From Bdellovibrionota bacterium (lineage in GTDB: Bacteria > Bdellovibrionota_C > UBA2361), in contig JBILDU010000014.1 of assembly GCA_044352465.1 (NCBI GenBank), forward strand, positions 1 through 39,223: a stretch of DNA of 39,223 nucleotides. Reading direction: 5' to 3'. Positions within the stretch are counted from its first letter, which is position 1, and the number at the start of each line of letters is the position of its first letter. The notes under the pieces are model-generated. The model was not told the DNA's origin. It saw nothing but the letters and a program-made list of their open reading frames with translations, and searched no databases. Shown piece by piece: positions 8,776 through 18,037 of this stretch. The position numbers and the translations under genes are program-made.

Positions 8776-9618
8776 ATGGTTCCCTCTTCATCGCCAAACC
8801 TCGAGTATTTTAAGCGTGCCGGCGAGCTTACAGCGGGCTCGATTAACCTCTCCGAAGGGGCTCTCATGGTGGCGCAATGGAACTACCCGGATCTTGATGT
8901 GCACGCCGAGCTTCGTAAGCTTGATGAGCTGGCGCAACTCGCGGCCGCTCGGGTTGGCCTGACGACCACCCTCCCCGAGCGAATAGCGGCGCTCGTACGA
9001 TTCCTGTCCGAGGAACAGAAGTTTCGGGGGAATATCGAGGAGTACTACGACCCGGCGAACACCTTTCTTAACGACGTCCTTGCCCGGCGGTGTGGCCTAC
9101 CGATAAGCCTTGCGGTGGTCTATATCCACGTCGCTCGATTTGTCGGGGTTGAGCTAAGCGGGGTCGCGACACCGGGCCACTTTGTGACCCGAGCGGAGCT
9201 TGTTTCGGGGGTACCGATCTTTGTCGACCCATTCTACGGCCTCATCCTGTCCGAGGAGGAGCTCCGCGCTCGCTACCGAACGGGAGAACTTCCCGCAGAG
9301 GAGCTCCCTCCTGAGGTACTCCAGCCGGTCGACAACCGCCGGATACTCATCCGCATGCTCACCAACCTGAAGCATCTTTATGTAGCTCAGGACGACGTTG
9401 ATCGCGCCCTGGAGTGTTGCGAGCGGAGCCTCGCCCTCGATCCTAATTCGCGCGCGGATCTGCGCGACCGCGGCCTGATGCTCCTCGATCAGGAGCTCTT
9501 TACGGCAGGTATAGCCGACCTCTCCCGGTATCTTGAGCTGGCCCCCAACGAGCCGTGGTCAGCCGCGGTGCGGGAACGGCTCACGGCCGCGCAGCGCCTG
9601 ATGGATACACTCAACTAA
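8776..9618 (+). CDS. SirB1-family transglutaminase-like core plus TPR protein
   Basis: FRGNIEEYYDPANTFLNDVL, GLPISL, PGHF, RMLTNLK, RDRG; C-terminal TPR-like helices. Confidence 0.88.
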   Translation: MVPSSSPNLEYFKRAGELTAGSINLSEGALMVAQWNYPDLDVHAELRKLDELAQLAAARVGLTTTLPERIAALVRFLSEEQKFRGNIEEYYDPANTFLNDVLARRCGLPISLAVVYIHVARFVGVELSGVATPGHFVTRAELVSGVPIFVDPFYGLILSEEELRARYRTGELPAEELPPEVLQPVDNRRILIRMLTNLKHLYVAQDDVDRALECCERSLALDPNSRADLRDRGLMLLDQELFTAGIADLSRYLELAPNEPWSAAVRERLTAAQRLMDTLN

Positions 9619-9805
9619 GCGGCGTGTAAGAGATCGCAACACTGCGGAAACGCCCCCGCACCCGCCACAGACCGGAATACCCCCACAGGTCAGCCCCAGC
9701 CGCCAAAAACTTACCTGAGTTGAAATTCCTCGAGAGTGACCTTATCTCTTTAGCAATGTTCGGAGATAGTCCCGCCCACAGGACTGTTTCAAAGGTCAAT
9801 GATGT

Positions 9806-10093
9806 ATGGAAACTTTTTATGCCCCCTATGCCGGTCACGAGCCCGCCACTATCACGGTGAACGGGCACCGTGTGATCGTCCTCGCTCATGACCAGGCCAC
9901 AATCGAGGAAACGCTCGATCTCTTCGGCGGGGACTCGGTCCACCAACTCGAGAGCACAGGCGAGAAAGACTCAGAGGAGCTTCTCGCCCAGATCTCAGCC
10001 GTTACCAATGCTCACGTGGTCGTGACCCCGAGCGAGGCCTCAGTTCCCGAGATTTTAGACTCACTCAAAGAGGCCCTTCCCTGGGTTCAATAG
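9806..10093 (+). CDS. Hypothetical acidic protein (95 aa)
   Basis: ATG start, fills the gap between co-oriented genes, protein-like composition. Confidence 0.7.
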   Translation: METFYAPYAGHEPATITVNGHRVIVLAHDQATIEETLDLFGGDSVHQLESTGEKDSEELLAQISAVTNAHVVVTPSEASVPEILDSLKEALPWVQ

Positions 10094-10211
10094 GGTAGGT
10101 TGTTGCCTTCCGTAACCCCGCCCGCTCTGCCCGTTGGAACGAGCGCACCACAGTGCTACTATCGGACCTCCAGGGGGACTGAATCCCCCTCTTAAAACGA
10201 GTGACGACGGT

Positions 10212-10925
10212 ATGGGCCGGATATTCGAAAAACGTAAAGACCGCATGTTTGCCCGGTGGGCGAAGACCGCGAAAGCCTTCACCAAGGTGGGCAAGGAGAT
10301 CGCTATCGCTGTGAAGCTGGGGAGCCCCGAGCCGGCCTCAAATCCCCGACTAAGGATGGCTATACAGACCGCACGCGCGCTGAACATGCCGAAGGATCGC
10401 ATCGAGGCGGCGATCAAACGAGCTTCAAGTAAAGACGAGGCTTCACTCCAAGAGGTGATTTACGAGGGGTATGCTCCCCACGGAATCGCGGTGGTTGTTG
10501 AAACTGCAACGAACAACCCGACCCGTACCGTTGCCAACGTCCGTACGATCATTACTCACCACGGCGGAACCCTGGGCACCTCAGGCTCGCTCGCTTACCT
10601 ATTCGGCCGACGGGGCGCTTTTACCATCTCCCTACCGGGGGGTGACTTCGACGAATTCGAGCTGGAGATGATCGACCACGGCCTCGAAGATATCTTTGAA
10701 TCGGAGGACGGCTTGCTCCTCTATTGCTCGTTCGAAAATTTCGGCACCTTACAGAAGGCACTCGAGACAAAAAAAGTCGAGGTCAAGAGCGCTGGTCTAC
10801 AGAGGTTCCCCCTGACGACTGTCCAAGTGACACCCGATCAGGAGCGTGAGATCGAAACACTCCTCAATGAGCTCGAAGAGGACGACGACGTCCAGCACGT
10901 TTACCACAACATGCAGCTGAGCTAA
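10212..10925 (+). CDS. yebC: YebC/PmpR family protein
   Basis: Start MGRIFE at 10212; NPRLR, NMPKDRIEAAI, YEGYAPHG, TNNPTRT, LEEDDDVQHVYHN. Confidence 0.96.
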   Translation: MGRIFEKRKDRMFARWAKTAKAFTKVGKEIAIAVKLGSPEPASNPRLRMAIQTARALNMPKDRIEAAIKRASSKDEASLQEVIYEGYAPHGIAVVVETATNNPTRTVANVRTIITHHGGTLGTSGSLAYLFGRRGAFTISLPGGDFDEFELEMIDHGLEDIFESEDGLLLYCSFENFGTLQKALETKKVEVKSAGLQRFPLTTVQVTPDQEREIETLLNELEEDDDVQHVYHNMQLS

Positions 10926-10943
10926 GCGCGCTGGCGACCGCAA

Positions 10944-10964
10944 CAGCGAAGCGCCGCTTTGCTG
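10944..10964. terminator. Hairpin between convergent yebC and tRNA transcripts
   Basis: CAGCGAAGC-gcc-GCTTTGCTG inverted repeat; no clear U-tract. Confidence 0.3.
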
Positions 10965-11055
10965 GGCGGCTGGGACCCTCCCCGGAGCTGTATGCAGATT
11001 TCGGCCTTATGTAGATTCGGGCCGTATACCGAGTAGAGACAGAGAAGAGTCATAT

Positions 11056-11129
11056 TACCCTCGGCAAGAATCGAACTTGCGACCCCAAGTTTAGGAAACT
11101 TGTGCTCTATCCAACTGAGCTACGAGGGC
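11056..11129 (-). tRNA. tRNA-Arg (anticodon CCT)
   Basis: Reverse complement GCCCTCG-TAGCTCAGTTGGATAGAGC-A-CAAGT-TT-CCT-AA-ACTTG-GGGTC-GCAAG-TTCGATT-CTTGC-CGAGGGT-A forms a full cloverleaf. CCA is not encoded. Confidence 0.97.
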
Positions 11130-11277
11130 ATGCGTGGTAGCACTTCACCGGTAATAAAATCCTGAGCAAAGCGCTAAACAAAATTATCGGCGATCGGCGC
11201 GCTACGAGTCAAGTTATCTCGGACTACCCCCTCCGATGAGCCACTGCCAACACGGTGCCGGGGGCACTCCACGCAAC

Positions 11278-12069
11278 CTATCGTTTAGAGCTTTCAAGAA
11301 AAGGCATCGGATCAACGGCGACGAAGCGACCGCTCCGATTCTTTACCCGCACCTCAAAATGGCAGTGCGGACCGCTCGCTCGACCGGTGCGCCCTACCGT
11401 CGCGATCTCCTCACCTTGGGAGACCTCCTCACCTAAATCGACGAGATTCTCCCGGTTATGGGCGTACACCGTGAGCATATCCCGGTGCCGCAAGACCACG
11501 GTATTCCCATAACCGCGAATACCTTTGCCGCTGTAGACAACGATCCCAGCGAGCGCTGCTCGAATGGGAGTCCCCTGAGGAGCCGAGAGATCGATCCCTT
11601 CATGAAATCGTAAGAGTCGATGCCCGAACTTAGAGGTGAGATGAGCTTTTTCAACTGGCCACGACAGGCGTGGGTTCCTATCGCCCGGAATCTCGAGTCC
11701 CACGGTCGCTAAAGGAACGGTGGAACCGGTTGGTGCCGAGGGTCCCGCAGACACACCTGGCCCCACCGGTGACGCCGCGGCTTTCTCCGTAGCGAGCTCC
11801 GAGATGACCGGAGAACCGTCGCTGTTCCCTACGGGAATCTGTAACACCGCACCGATCTGTAAAGTCCGCGGATCGCCGATCGAGTTCGAACGCAAGACTT
11901 CCTCCGCAGACACACCGAAGCGCGCGGCGATATCATATACCGTATCACCGGCCTGAACGGTGTAGGTCCGTGAGATCCCCGCGCCGATCGGTCGATGGAA
12001 GGCGCACCCTATGAGAAAAGAAAAGGTCAGCGAAAAGATACCGGAGCGGAGGGGGATGTTCACATTCAC
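11278..12069 (-). CDS. nlpD: LysM + M23 peptidase lipoprotein (NlpD-like)
   Basis: Lipobox LIGC; LysM YTVQAGDTVYDIAARFGVS; M23 motifs HEGID and HCHFE; follows pcm. Confidence 0.88.
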   Translation of the reverse strand: MNVNIPLRSGIFSLTFSFLIGCAFHRPIGAGISRTYTVQAGDTVYDIAARFGVSAEEVLRSNSIGDPRTLQIGAVLQIPVGNSDGSPVISELATEKAAASPVGPGVSAGPSAPTGSTVPLATVGLEIPGDRNPRLSWPVEKAHLTSKFGHRLLRFHEGIDLSAPQGTPIRAALAGIVVYSGKGIRGYGNTVVLRHRDMLTVYAHNRENLVDLGEEVSQGEEIATVGRTGRASGPHCHFEVRVKNRSGRFVAVDPMPFLESSKR

Positions 12070-12097
12070 AGCAGATCTTGCTCAATTCAGCTCGGCG

Positions 12098-12751
12098 CTA
12101 CTGCCCTTCGACGAAGCTACAAGGCTCGAGTTGATACATCGTCACTCCCCCACCCTTCGCCTCCCACAACGACAAGATCTGGCCACGGGAATTTCCAACC
12201 GGGGCGACCATCCGCCCACCTGGATTTTTCAGCTGGCGCACCAACTCCGGCTCGATACTCTCAAAAGCCGCTGAGACGACGATGGCATCGTAGGGAGCAT
12301 GCTCCGCCCATCCGCGACGTCCATCCCCACGCCGCACCAGAATATTTTGGAAGTCGAGCCCGTCGAGGAGGTGCCGGGTCCTCTGCGCTAGGAGCCCCAC
12401 GTATTCGACCGCATAGACCTGCGCACCCGCGGCGGCCATGACTGCGGAGCAGTACCCCGATCCACAGCCGATCTCCAGTATGCGCATCCCGGGAGCGAGG
12501 CCGATAAGGGCCAGCATGCGGGCTACCGTAGAAGGTTTTGAGATTGTCTGGCCGTACCCGATAGGGAGTGCGTTGTCATCGGTCGCGCGGAGATTGAAAG
12601 CCTCGCTCACGAATTTATCGCGAGGAACCGCGGCGAAAGCCCTCACCAGAGTCTCCGCGGTTGCCTCGTCAAGAACACCAGCCTTTTCAACGATAGTCTC
12701 GGCGAAGCGAACCCAGCCGGGAGAGATCACTTTTCTTTGGGGGTAAGCCAC
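12098..12751 (-). CDS. pcm: Protein-L-isoaspartate O-methyltransferase
   Basis: VPRDKF, LPIGYGQTIS, LEIGCGSGY, APYDAIVV, GGRMVAPVG. Confidence 0.95.
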   Translation of the reverse strand: MAYPQRKVISPGWVRFAETIVEKAGVLDEATAETLVRAFAAVPRDKFVSEAFNLRATDDNALPIGYGQTISKPSTVARMLALIGLAPGMRILEIGCGSGYCSAVMAAAGAQVYAVEYVGLLAQRTRHLLDGLDFQNILVRRGDGRRGWAEHAPYDAIVVSAAFESIEPELVRQLKNPGGRMVAPVGNSRGQILSLWEAKGGGVTMYQLEPCSFVEGQ

Positions 12752-12958
12752 TGAGTTATCCTCTGCGTAGAGCTTTAATTACATGGGCTTCGTCTCGATG
12801 GACCTATACTTCCGAGGGGGGAGAGAGGAGGCAATCCCCTTTTTAAGAAGATTGCGACGACTTCGATCCTCATCCCCAATGCGTTCCGTTCCCGACGCTC
12901 AGTCGCCCCACCGTTTCCCTTGATGGCGAAGGGTTTTCAGGCCATCATCGGAGAGGCG

Positions 12959-14053
12959 ATGGAGAATTACTATAAACTACTGGGACTTAACAGCTCGGCT
13001 ACCGCTGAGGAGATTCGCCGCGCTTACCGCATCTTGGCGCGCCGGTACCACCCCGACGTCAATCCTGGTAAAGCCTCAGAGGACCGCTTCAAAATTATCG
13101 CCGAAGCTCACCGGGTTTTAAGTGATCCAGAGAGACGGAAGGCTTACGATCTGGAACTTGAAAACCACCTCCGCGCGGCAAGCCCGGGAGGCGATCCGCG
13201 AATCAACGCCTACCGCAGGAACCAATCAACGGCGCGAACTTCGGCCCGTCAGAAGTTTTACGAAACGCGCTACGAGCAATTCGGCAAGGTAAAGCCGGAA
13301 AGGGCGGCTGAGCCCAAGCGAGCTGCTCAAGTGGTCGCGGAGCCTACCAGCTCGAAACTATCGGCCGATATCTCGAAGATCGCCGCGATGGGGCGCAAAA
13401 CTTTTGACCGTGTATTTGGAGGGGCGAAACGGGCAGCACCGGGTGAGTCCTCAGGGGCCCCTCGCCGTGCGGCATCCGCACGCAGCGACGGAGAGGTTGA
13501 CCACCGCGATATTGCCAAGATATCACTCATCGAGGTGTCGGTAACGGTTTCAGATGTGGTGCACGGGGTGAAGAAGACCGTGGAGATCGGGGAGCCGGAG
13601 GGCCCCCGCAAGGTCTCGGTGCGTATCCCACCCGGTGTCCGGAACGGGAGCGTCGTCCACCTCCGCGCAAAGGGGGGTACCGGCGAGGATCTGGTCATCA
13701 TCGTCCGAGTTGCGAGCCACCCCTTTCTCTCGATGCACGCCCGTGGCTTGGTAGCGGAGGTCCCAATATCGGTGAACGAAGCGATTTGCGGAGCTTCAAT
13801 TACCCTTCCGTCCCTCGACGAACCGGTCGTCGTTAAAGTCCCACCGGGAGCCCAAAGTGGAACCGAGATACGCCTCAAAGGCCGAGGGGTCTCTCATAAG
13901 GATGGTTCCCGGGGAGACCTTTTTTACCGCTTAATGATTAAGGTCCCCGAAGCGCAAAATGCGGTGGGCTTTCATGAGCGGGCGAGCGAACTTGAGAGAT
14001 ACTACCCTCAGCCAGTAAGACAAGCTCTGCCGAAGAATCTTCTCGAGCTCTAA
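12959..14053 (+). CDS. DnaJ class B / CbpA-like co-chaperone
   Basis: Start MENYY after RBS GGAGAGG; J-domain with HPD; C-terminal DnaJ_C repeats (IPPGV, VPPGAQSG, RGDL); no Zn finger. Confidence 0.9.
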   Translation: MENYYKLLGLNSSATAEEIRRAYRILARRYHPDVNPGKASEDRFKIIAEAHRVLSDPERRKAYDLELENHLRAASPGGDPRINAYRRNQSTARTSARQKFYETRYEQFGKVKPERAAEPKRAAQVVAEPTSSKLSADISKIAAMGRKTFDRVFGGAKRAAPGESSGAPRRAASARSDGEVDHRDIAKISLIEVSVTVSDVVHGVKKTVEIGEPEGPRKVSVRIPPGVRNGSVVHLRAKGGTGEDLVIIVRVASHPFLSMHARGLVAEVPISVNEAICGASITLPSLDEPVVVKVPPGAQSGTEIRLKGRGVSHKDGSRGDLFYRLMIKVPEAQNAVGFHERASELERYYPQPVRQALPKNLLEL

Positions 14054-14853
14054 TGTTGAACGAGTCGAAATCACCCACCGCGGCGCCCCATCCGCTCGCT
14101 CCAATCGGATTCCTGCTCCAAAGCTTCTTATGCCAAGGAATAGCGCTGGGATGCGGAGTTGCTCTCCGCCGCTTAATCGAGACATTTACGCCGCTGTGGG
14201 GGTGGTGGACCATGCTCATTTTGGTCTTTACCCAGGCGATTATCGCATGGAGCGTTGCGCGGTGGACTAAACTTCCGGTGGCGTGGCAGCTATTTAATCT
14301 TCTGGTCGTCCCCGGCATCGCCGCGCTCTTCTTCTTTGAGGTTCCAGCCCTTCCTTTTGCGATCCTGGTCGTGCTGGCAGCGCTATTGTATCTGCCTACT
14401 TTTTGGACGCGGGTCCCCTACTTTCCGACTTCGGTCGAAACGTACGCCGAGGTGGCCCGACTTCTCCCCCCTGAACGCGACTTCACAGCGATCGATCTCG
14501 GCTGCGGATTCGCCCCGCTCCTGCGCTCTCTGGCTCGCTCAAGCCCGAGGGGGCAATTCACCGGAGTCGAGATAAGTCCGCTCGCCTTCCTCGGTGCTTC
14601 ACTCGGAAGCCTGCTCCACTCCAACGTAGCGATCCGATGGCGGAGCATCTGGAACGTCGACCTCGGAAAGTACGACGTCGTCTACGCGTTTCTGGCACCG
14701 GGCCCGATGCCAGAGCTTTGGGCAAAAGTTGTCCGTGAGATGCGACCCGGTTCGATATTTATCTCTAATACCTTTGCAGCTCCTGCCGAAGCCGACGCTG
14801 AGATTCCCATCAGCGATAAGCGCGGCGCGCGGCTCTATGTCTACCGCCGTTGA
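14053..14853 (+). CDS. Membrane-anchored class I SAM-dependent methyltransferase
   Basis: N-terminal TM helices; VPYFPT, DLGCG, GVEISP, YDVVYAFL, ISNTF; TAATG stop/start overlap with the dnaJ-like gene. Confidence 0.85.
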   Translation: MLNESKSPTAAPHPLAPIGFLLQSFLCQGIALGCGVALRRLIETFTPLWGWWTMLILVFTQAIIAWSVARWTKLPVAWQLFNLLVVPGIAALFFFEVPALPFAILVVLAALLYLPTFWTRVPYFPTSVETYAEVARLLPPERDFTAIDLGCGFAPLLRSLARSSPRGQFTGVEISPLAFLGASLGSLLHSNVAIRWRSIWNVDLGKYDVVYAFLAPGPMPELWAKVVREMRPGSIFISNTFAAPAEADAEIPISDKRGARLYVYRR

Positions 14854-14937
14854 TAGGGTTCACGGCGGTCAAGCCGAGGCACGCCGCGCGCTCCGGAGGC
14901 GGTCAGAGGCTCTCAGCGGGACCTTTAACGTAGCGAA

Positions 14938-15858
14938 TTAGGAGGCTGAGGGTTGCGTCACCGGACGGCGGGATCGCTGCCAATTCTCCCACCATAAGAC
15001 CACCGGTGAGGCGATATAGATGGTGGAATAGGTTCCCGAGATAATACCGGCGACGAGGAAGACGCTGAGGTCGGAGATCGCGCCTCCCCCAAAGATAAGC
15101 AACGCAACCGCTGAGAAGAGGGTCAGTCCGCTTGTGATAAGGGTCCGTCCGAGCATGGCGTTCATAACCTCGTTCATCAAGCTCTCAAGGTCATAGCCCT
15201 TCCGTTTACGCATCTCCTCACGGAGCCGGTCGAAGATAACGATCGTATCGTTCACCGAATAACCCACGATGGTGAGCGCCGCCGCGAGCGATGCCATCGA
15301 AAGGTCGTGCCCCACCAAAAGGTACACGCCGATGGCGACGATGAGATCGTGAGCGAGGGCAACGAGGGCCCCCATCGCGAAACCAACCTCAAAGCGGAAG
15401 GCTACATACAAACAAATAGCGACAAGACCGAGGATCGAGGCGATAAACGCTTTAGACTTTAGTTCGCTCCCGATGGTAGGACCAACATAATCCGTCTGAA
15501 GGATCTCGAATTTCTCACCGAAAGCCGCTTTGATAGCAGCGGATACCTGCTCGCGAGCGGTGTTAGCTTCAAGGTCGCTCACGCGAATGGAGTAGTCGTT
15601 GCTCCCGACCTCAAACGCTTGGACCGAGGGGTCTTTGACGCCCCCCTTCTCAAGGGCGATACGTACCGCATCGGTCGAGCCAGCCCCCTCGATCTTGACG
15701 AGGATCTCGTTACCACCGGTGAAGTCGATACCATATTTTCCGGCTCCCCGCTCAACCCATACATAAAGGGTCAAAGCGCACAGGATGGCTGAAAAGAGAA
15801 AGCACCATCCCCGCTTCCCGAGAAAATCGATTTTGGTACCAGGTTTGATCAGTTCCAT
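14938..15858 (-). CDS. secF: Protein translocase subunit SecF
   Basis: GIDFTGG, VGPTIG, HD, GYSVNDTIVIFDRLRE, RTLITS, GTYSTIYIASP. Confidence 0.97.
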   Translation of the reverse strand: MELIKPGTKIDFLGKRGWCFLFSAILCALTLYVWVERGAGKYGIDFTGGNEILVKIEGAGSTDAVRIALEKGGVKDPSVQAFEVGSNDYSIRVSDLEANTAREQVSAAIKAAFGEKFEILQTDYVGPTIGSELKSKAFIASILGLVAICLYVAFRFEVGFAMGALVALAHDLIVAIGVYLLVGHDLSMASLAAALTIVGYSVNDTIVIFDRLREEMRKRKGYDLESLMNEVMNAMLGRTLITSGLTLFSAVALLIFGGGAISDLSVFLVAGIISGTYSTIYIASPVVLWWENWQRSRRPVTQPSAS

Positions 15859-15882
15859 ATCTTTACCGTGGAGATAAGCTTG

Positions 15883-17418
15883 CTAGATAGAAAGAGCCCG
15901 CTGAGCAGATTTGAGCTTCAACGTATCGAACGCGAGTCGGGCGACAAAGACCGCACAAAAAACTGTGGTAAGGACGCCGATTGACAACGTGACAGCAAAG
16001 CCGCGCACCGGTCCAGTGCCGAAATAATAAAGGATCGAGGCCGAGAGCAGGGTTGTCAGGTTTGAATCGAATATCGCGCTGTACGCCTTATCGAATCCCC
16101 CGAGCACCGCCGCATCTCGGCTCGCCCCGTTTCTCAGCTCCTCCCGGATACGCTCAAAGATGATGACGTTCGAATCGACCGCCATACCAACAGTCAGAGC
16201 CAAGCCCGCAAGTCCGGGCAGCGTTAGTGTAGCCCCAAACGCCGAGAGAAGTCCCAAGACGAGGAGAATGTTGAGGATGAGGGTTGCGTTAGCGACAAGG
16301 CCAGCCTTGTTGTAGTACACCGCCATCCAGGCGAATACTAAGACCGAGCCGACAATAATCGCGAGGACGCCTTTCTCGATCGACTCTTTACCGAGGGAGG
16401 GCCCAACGGTGCGCTCCTCCATAACGACGAGGGGCGCGGGCAAAGCACCGGCTCGAAGCACGATGGCGAGCTCATTAGCTTCGGCCACGGTGAAACCACC
16501 TGAAATGGAGGCCTGCCCGCCCGTGATCGCATCCCGAATCACCGGCGAGGAATACACAACGTTATCGAGGATGATGGCGAGATTTCGCCCCACGTTCTCC
16601 GAGGTGATACGGCCAAAAGTCCGCGCGCCGTCGGGCGTCAGATTAAGCATGACCTCGACCTGACCTCCGGGGGAAGCCCAGTAAGCGGTCTTCACCGCAT
16701 CCCCGGTCATCAGCGCCTGATCTTCCACCCGAACCGGGATCTTCTGCCGATCGTAAAGGGTGACCGCGTTAGCCGACGACTCCACGTTGGGGAGGAGGCG
16801 GAACTCCAGCTTCGCGACCGAACCGACGACACGCTTCACTGCGTTGATATCGGAAACACCCGGCATCTGCAGGAGGATCCGATCGGTCCCAACCCGCTGA
16901 ATCACCGGCTCCGAGACACCGAACTGGTCGACCCGGTTTCGTAACGTTTCGATAGCCTGAGTGACAGACTCTCCCTCAATTTTGGTGATCTGCTCCGGGG
17001 TTACGCTGTAGATAAGCTTCGCCCCACTGCCATCGCTTGGAGACTCAACGAACGAAACCTCACGAAAGTTCTCCGCCAGCCGTTGCTTCGCCTGCTCCAG
17101 CCGCAATGCACTGAGAAGCGAGAGCTCGATCTGACTCCGCTCGTTTACCTTCACGCGGGTCACCGCGATCTTTTGCTCACGCAGATCCGAGCGCATCGCA
17201 TTCGCCATACCGAGCAGCCGGCTCTTCACCGCCTCTCTTGTTTGGACCTGGTAGACTAGGTGGACCCCACCGCTCAGATCGAGCCCTAACGATATCGGCT
17301 TCGAAATCCACTTCACCCCCGCGAACGACTCACGAAAGATTGTGGGGAGGAGCATCACGACCGCCAGCACGATACTGGCTCCGACGATAATGGCCCGATT
17401 CTTCGTAGTGGTACCCAT
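15883..17418 (-). CDS. secD: Protein translocase subunit SecD
   Basis: LGLDLSGG, RVDQFGVSEP, LRAGALP, VGPSLG, GMAVDSNVIIFERIREE. Confidence 0.97.
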   Translation of the reverse strand: MGTTTKNRAIIVGASIVLAVVMLLPTIFRESFAGVKWISKPISLGLDLSGGVHLVYQVQTREAVKSRLLGMANAMRSDLREQKIAVTRVKVNERSQIELSLLSALRLEQAKQRLAENFREVSFVESPSDGSGAKLIYSVTPEQITKIEGESVTQAIETLRNRVDQFGVSEPVIQRVGTDRILLQMPGVSDINAVKRVVGSVAKLEFRLLPNVESSANAVTLYDRQKIPVRVEDQALMTGDAVKTAYWASPGGQVEVMLNLTPDGARTFGRITSENVGRNLAIILDNVVYSSPVIRDAITGGQASISGGFTVAEANELAIVLRAGALPAPLVVMEERTVGPSLGKESIEKGVLAIIVGSVLVFAWMAVYYNKAGLVANATLILNILLVLGLLSAFGATLTLPGLAGLALTVGMAVDSNVIIFERIREELRNGASRDAAVLGGFDKAYSAIFDSNLTTLLSASILYYFGTGPVRGFAVTLSIGVLTTVFCAVFVARLAFDTLKLKSAQRALSI

Positions 17419-17488
17419 GATCTAAACTTCCAAAAGATTCCGCGCCGTGGCGCTTGGCCGGGCTCGTGCGGGAATTTCTACAGCTCAA

Positions 17489-17905
17489 TTACGCGGCGTT
17501 CTTGCTCTCAGCCTCTTTTTCCTGGCGTTTGGCTACGTGCGCCGGTTCGACCTTCACCTTCACACCCGAAGAGAACTCAATCAAGACGTGATCTTTTTCG
17601 ATCCCCGCGACCCGACCGATGAGTCCCCCGGAGGTGACCACGGTGTCGCCACGCTTTAACGATTCGATGAGTTTCTGATGCTCCCGGATCTTCGACTGCT
17701 GGGGTCGAATCACCATGATGTAGAACACAAAGAAAACCATCACAAACATCGGCAACATCTTGCCGATGAGGTCAAGAAATCCAGGGGGCTGCGGAGGGGC
17801 GACCGGGGCCTGCGCATAGGCAACCGACACCTGCACCACCGCATTCGAAACCAACGCAGCCAAAGCCGCCCAGAAAGCAAAAGGAGCATTCGAAGTACGC
17901 GTCAC
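17489..17905 (-). CDS. yajC: Preprotein translocase subunit YajC
   Basis: FYIMVIRPQQ, LKRGDTVVTSGGLIG. GTG 17905 (GGGAG upstream) preferred over ATG 18007; start uncertain. Confidence 0.93.
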   Translation of the reverse strand: MTRTSNAPFAFWAALAALVSNAVVQVSVAYAQAPVAPPQPPGFLDLIGKMLPMFVMVFFVFYIMVIRPQQSKIREHQKLIESLKRGDTVVTSGGLIGRVAGIEKDHVLIEFSSGVKVKVEPAHVAKRQEKEAESKNAA

Positions 17906-18037
17906 TGAGGTTGAACTCCCAAAAAAAGAAGAATTAATCCGCCTTCGTATACCACTCCCACCCCCTTTTAACAAAAGCCACCATGCGGGCAACAACCACC
18001 ACCCCATAACCAGGTGAACATGTGTAAAATTAGCTAG

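Noticed and set aside
10926..11129. tRNA-anchored genomic island or prophage
   Set aside because: No integrase, no duplicated tRNA 3' end noticed, and housekeeping genes on both sides.
17906..18007. Trp-rich N-terminal extension of YajC
   Set aside because: More likely non-coding promoter/leader; a GTG with RBS at 17905 gives a normal-sized YajC.
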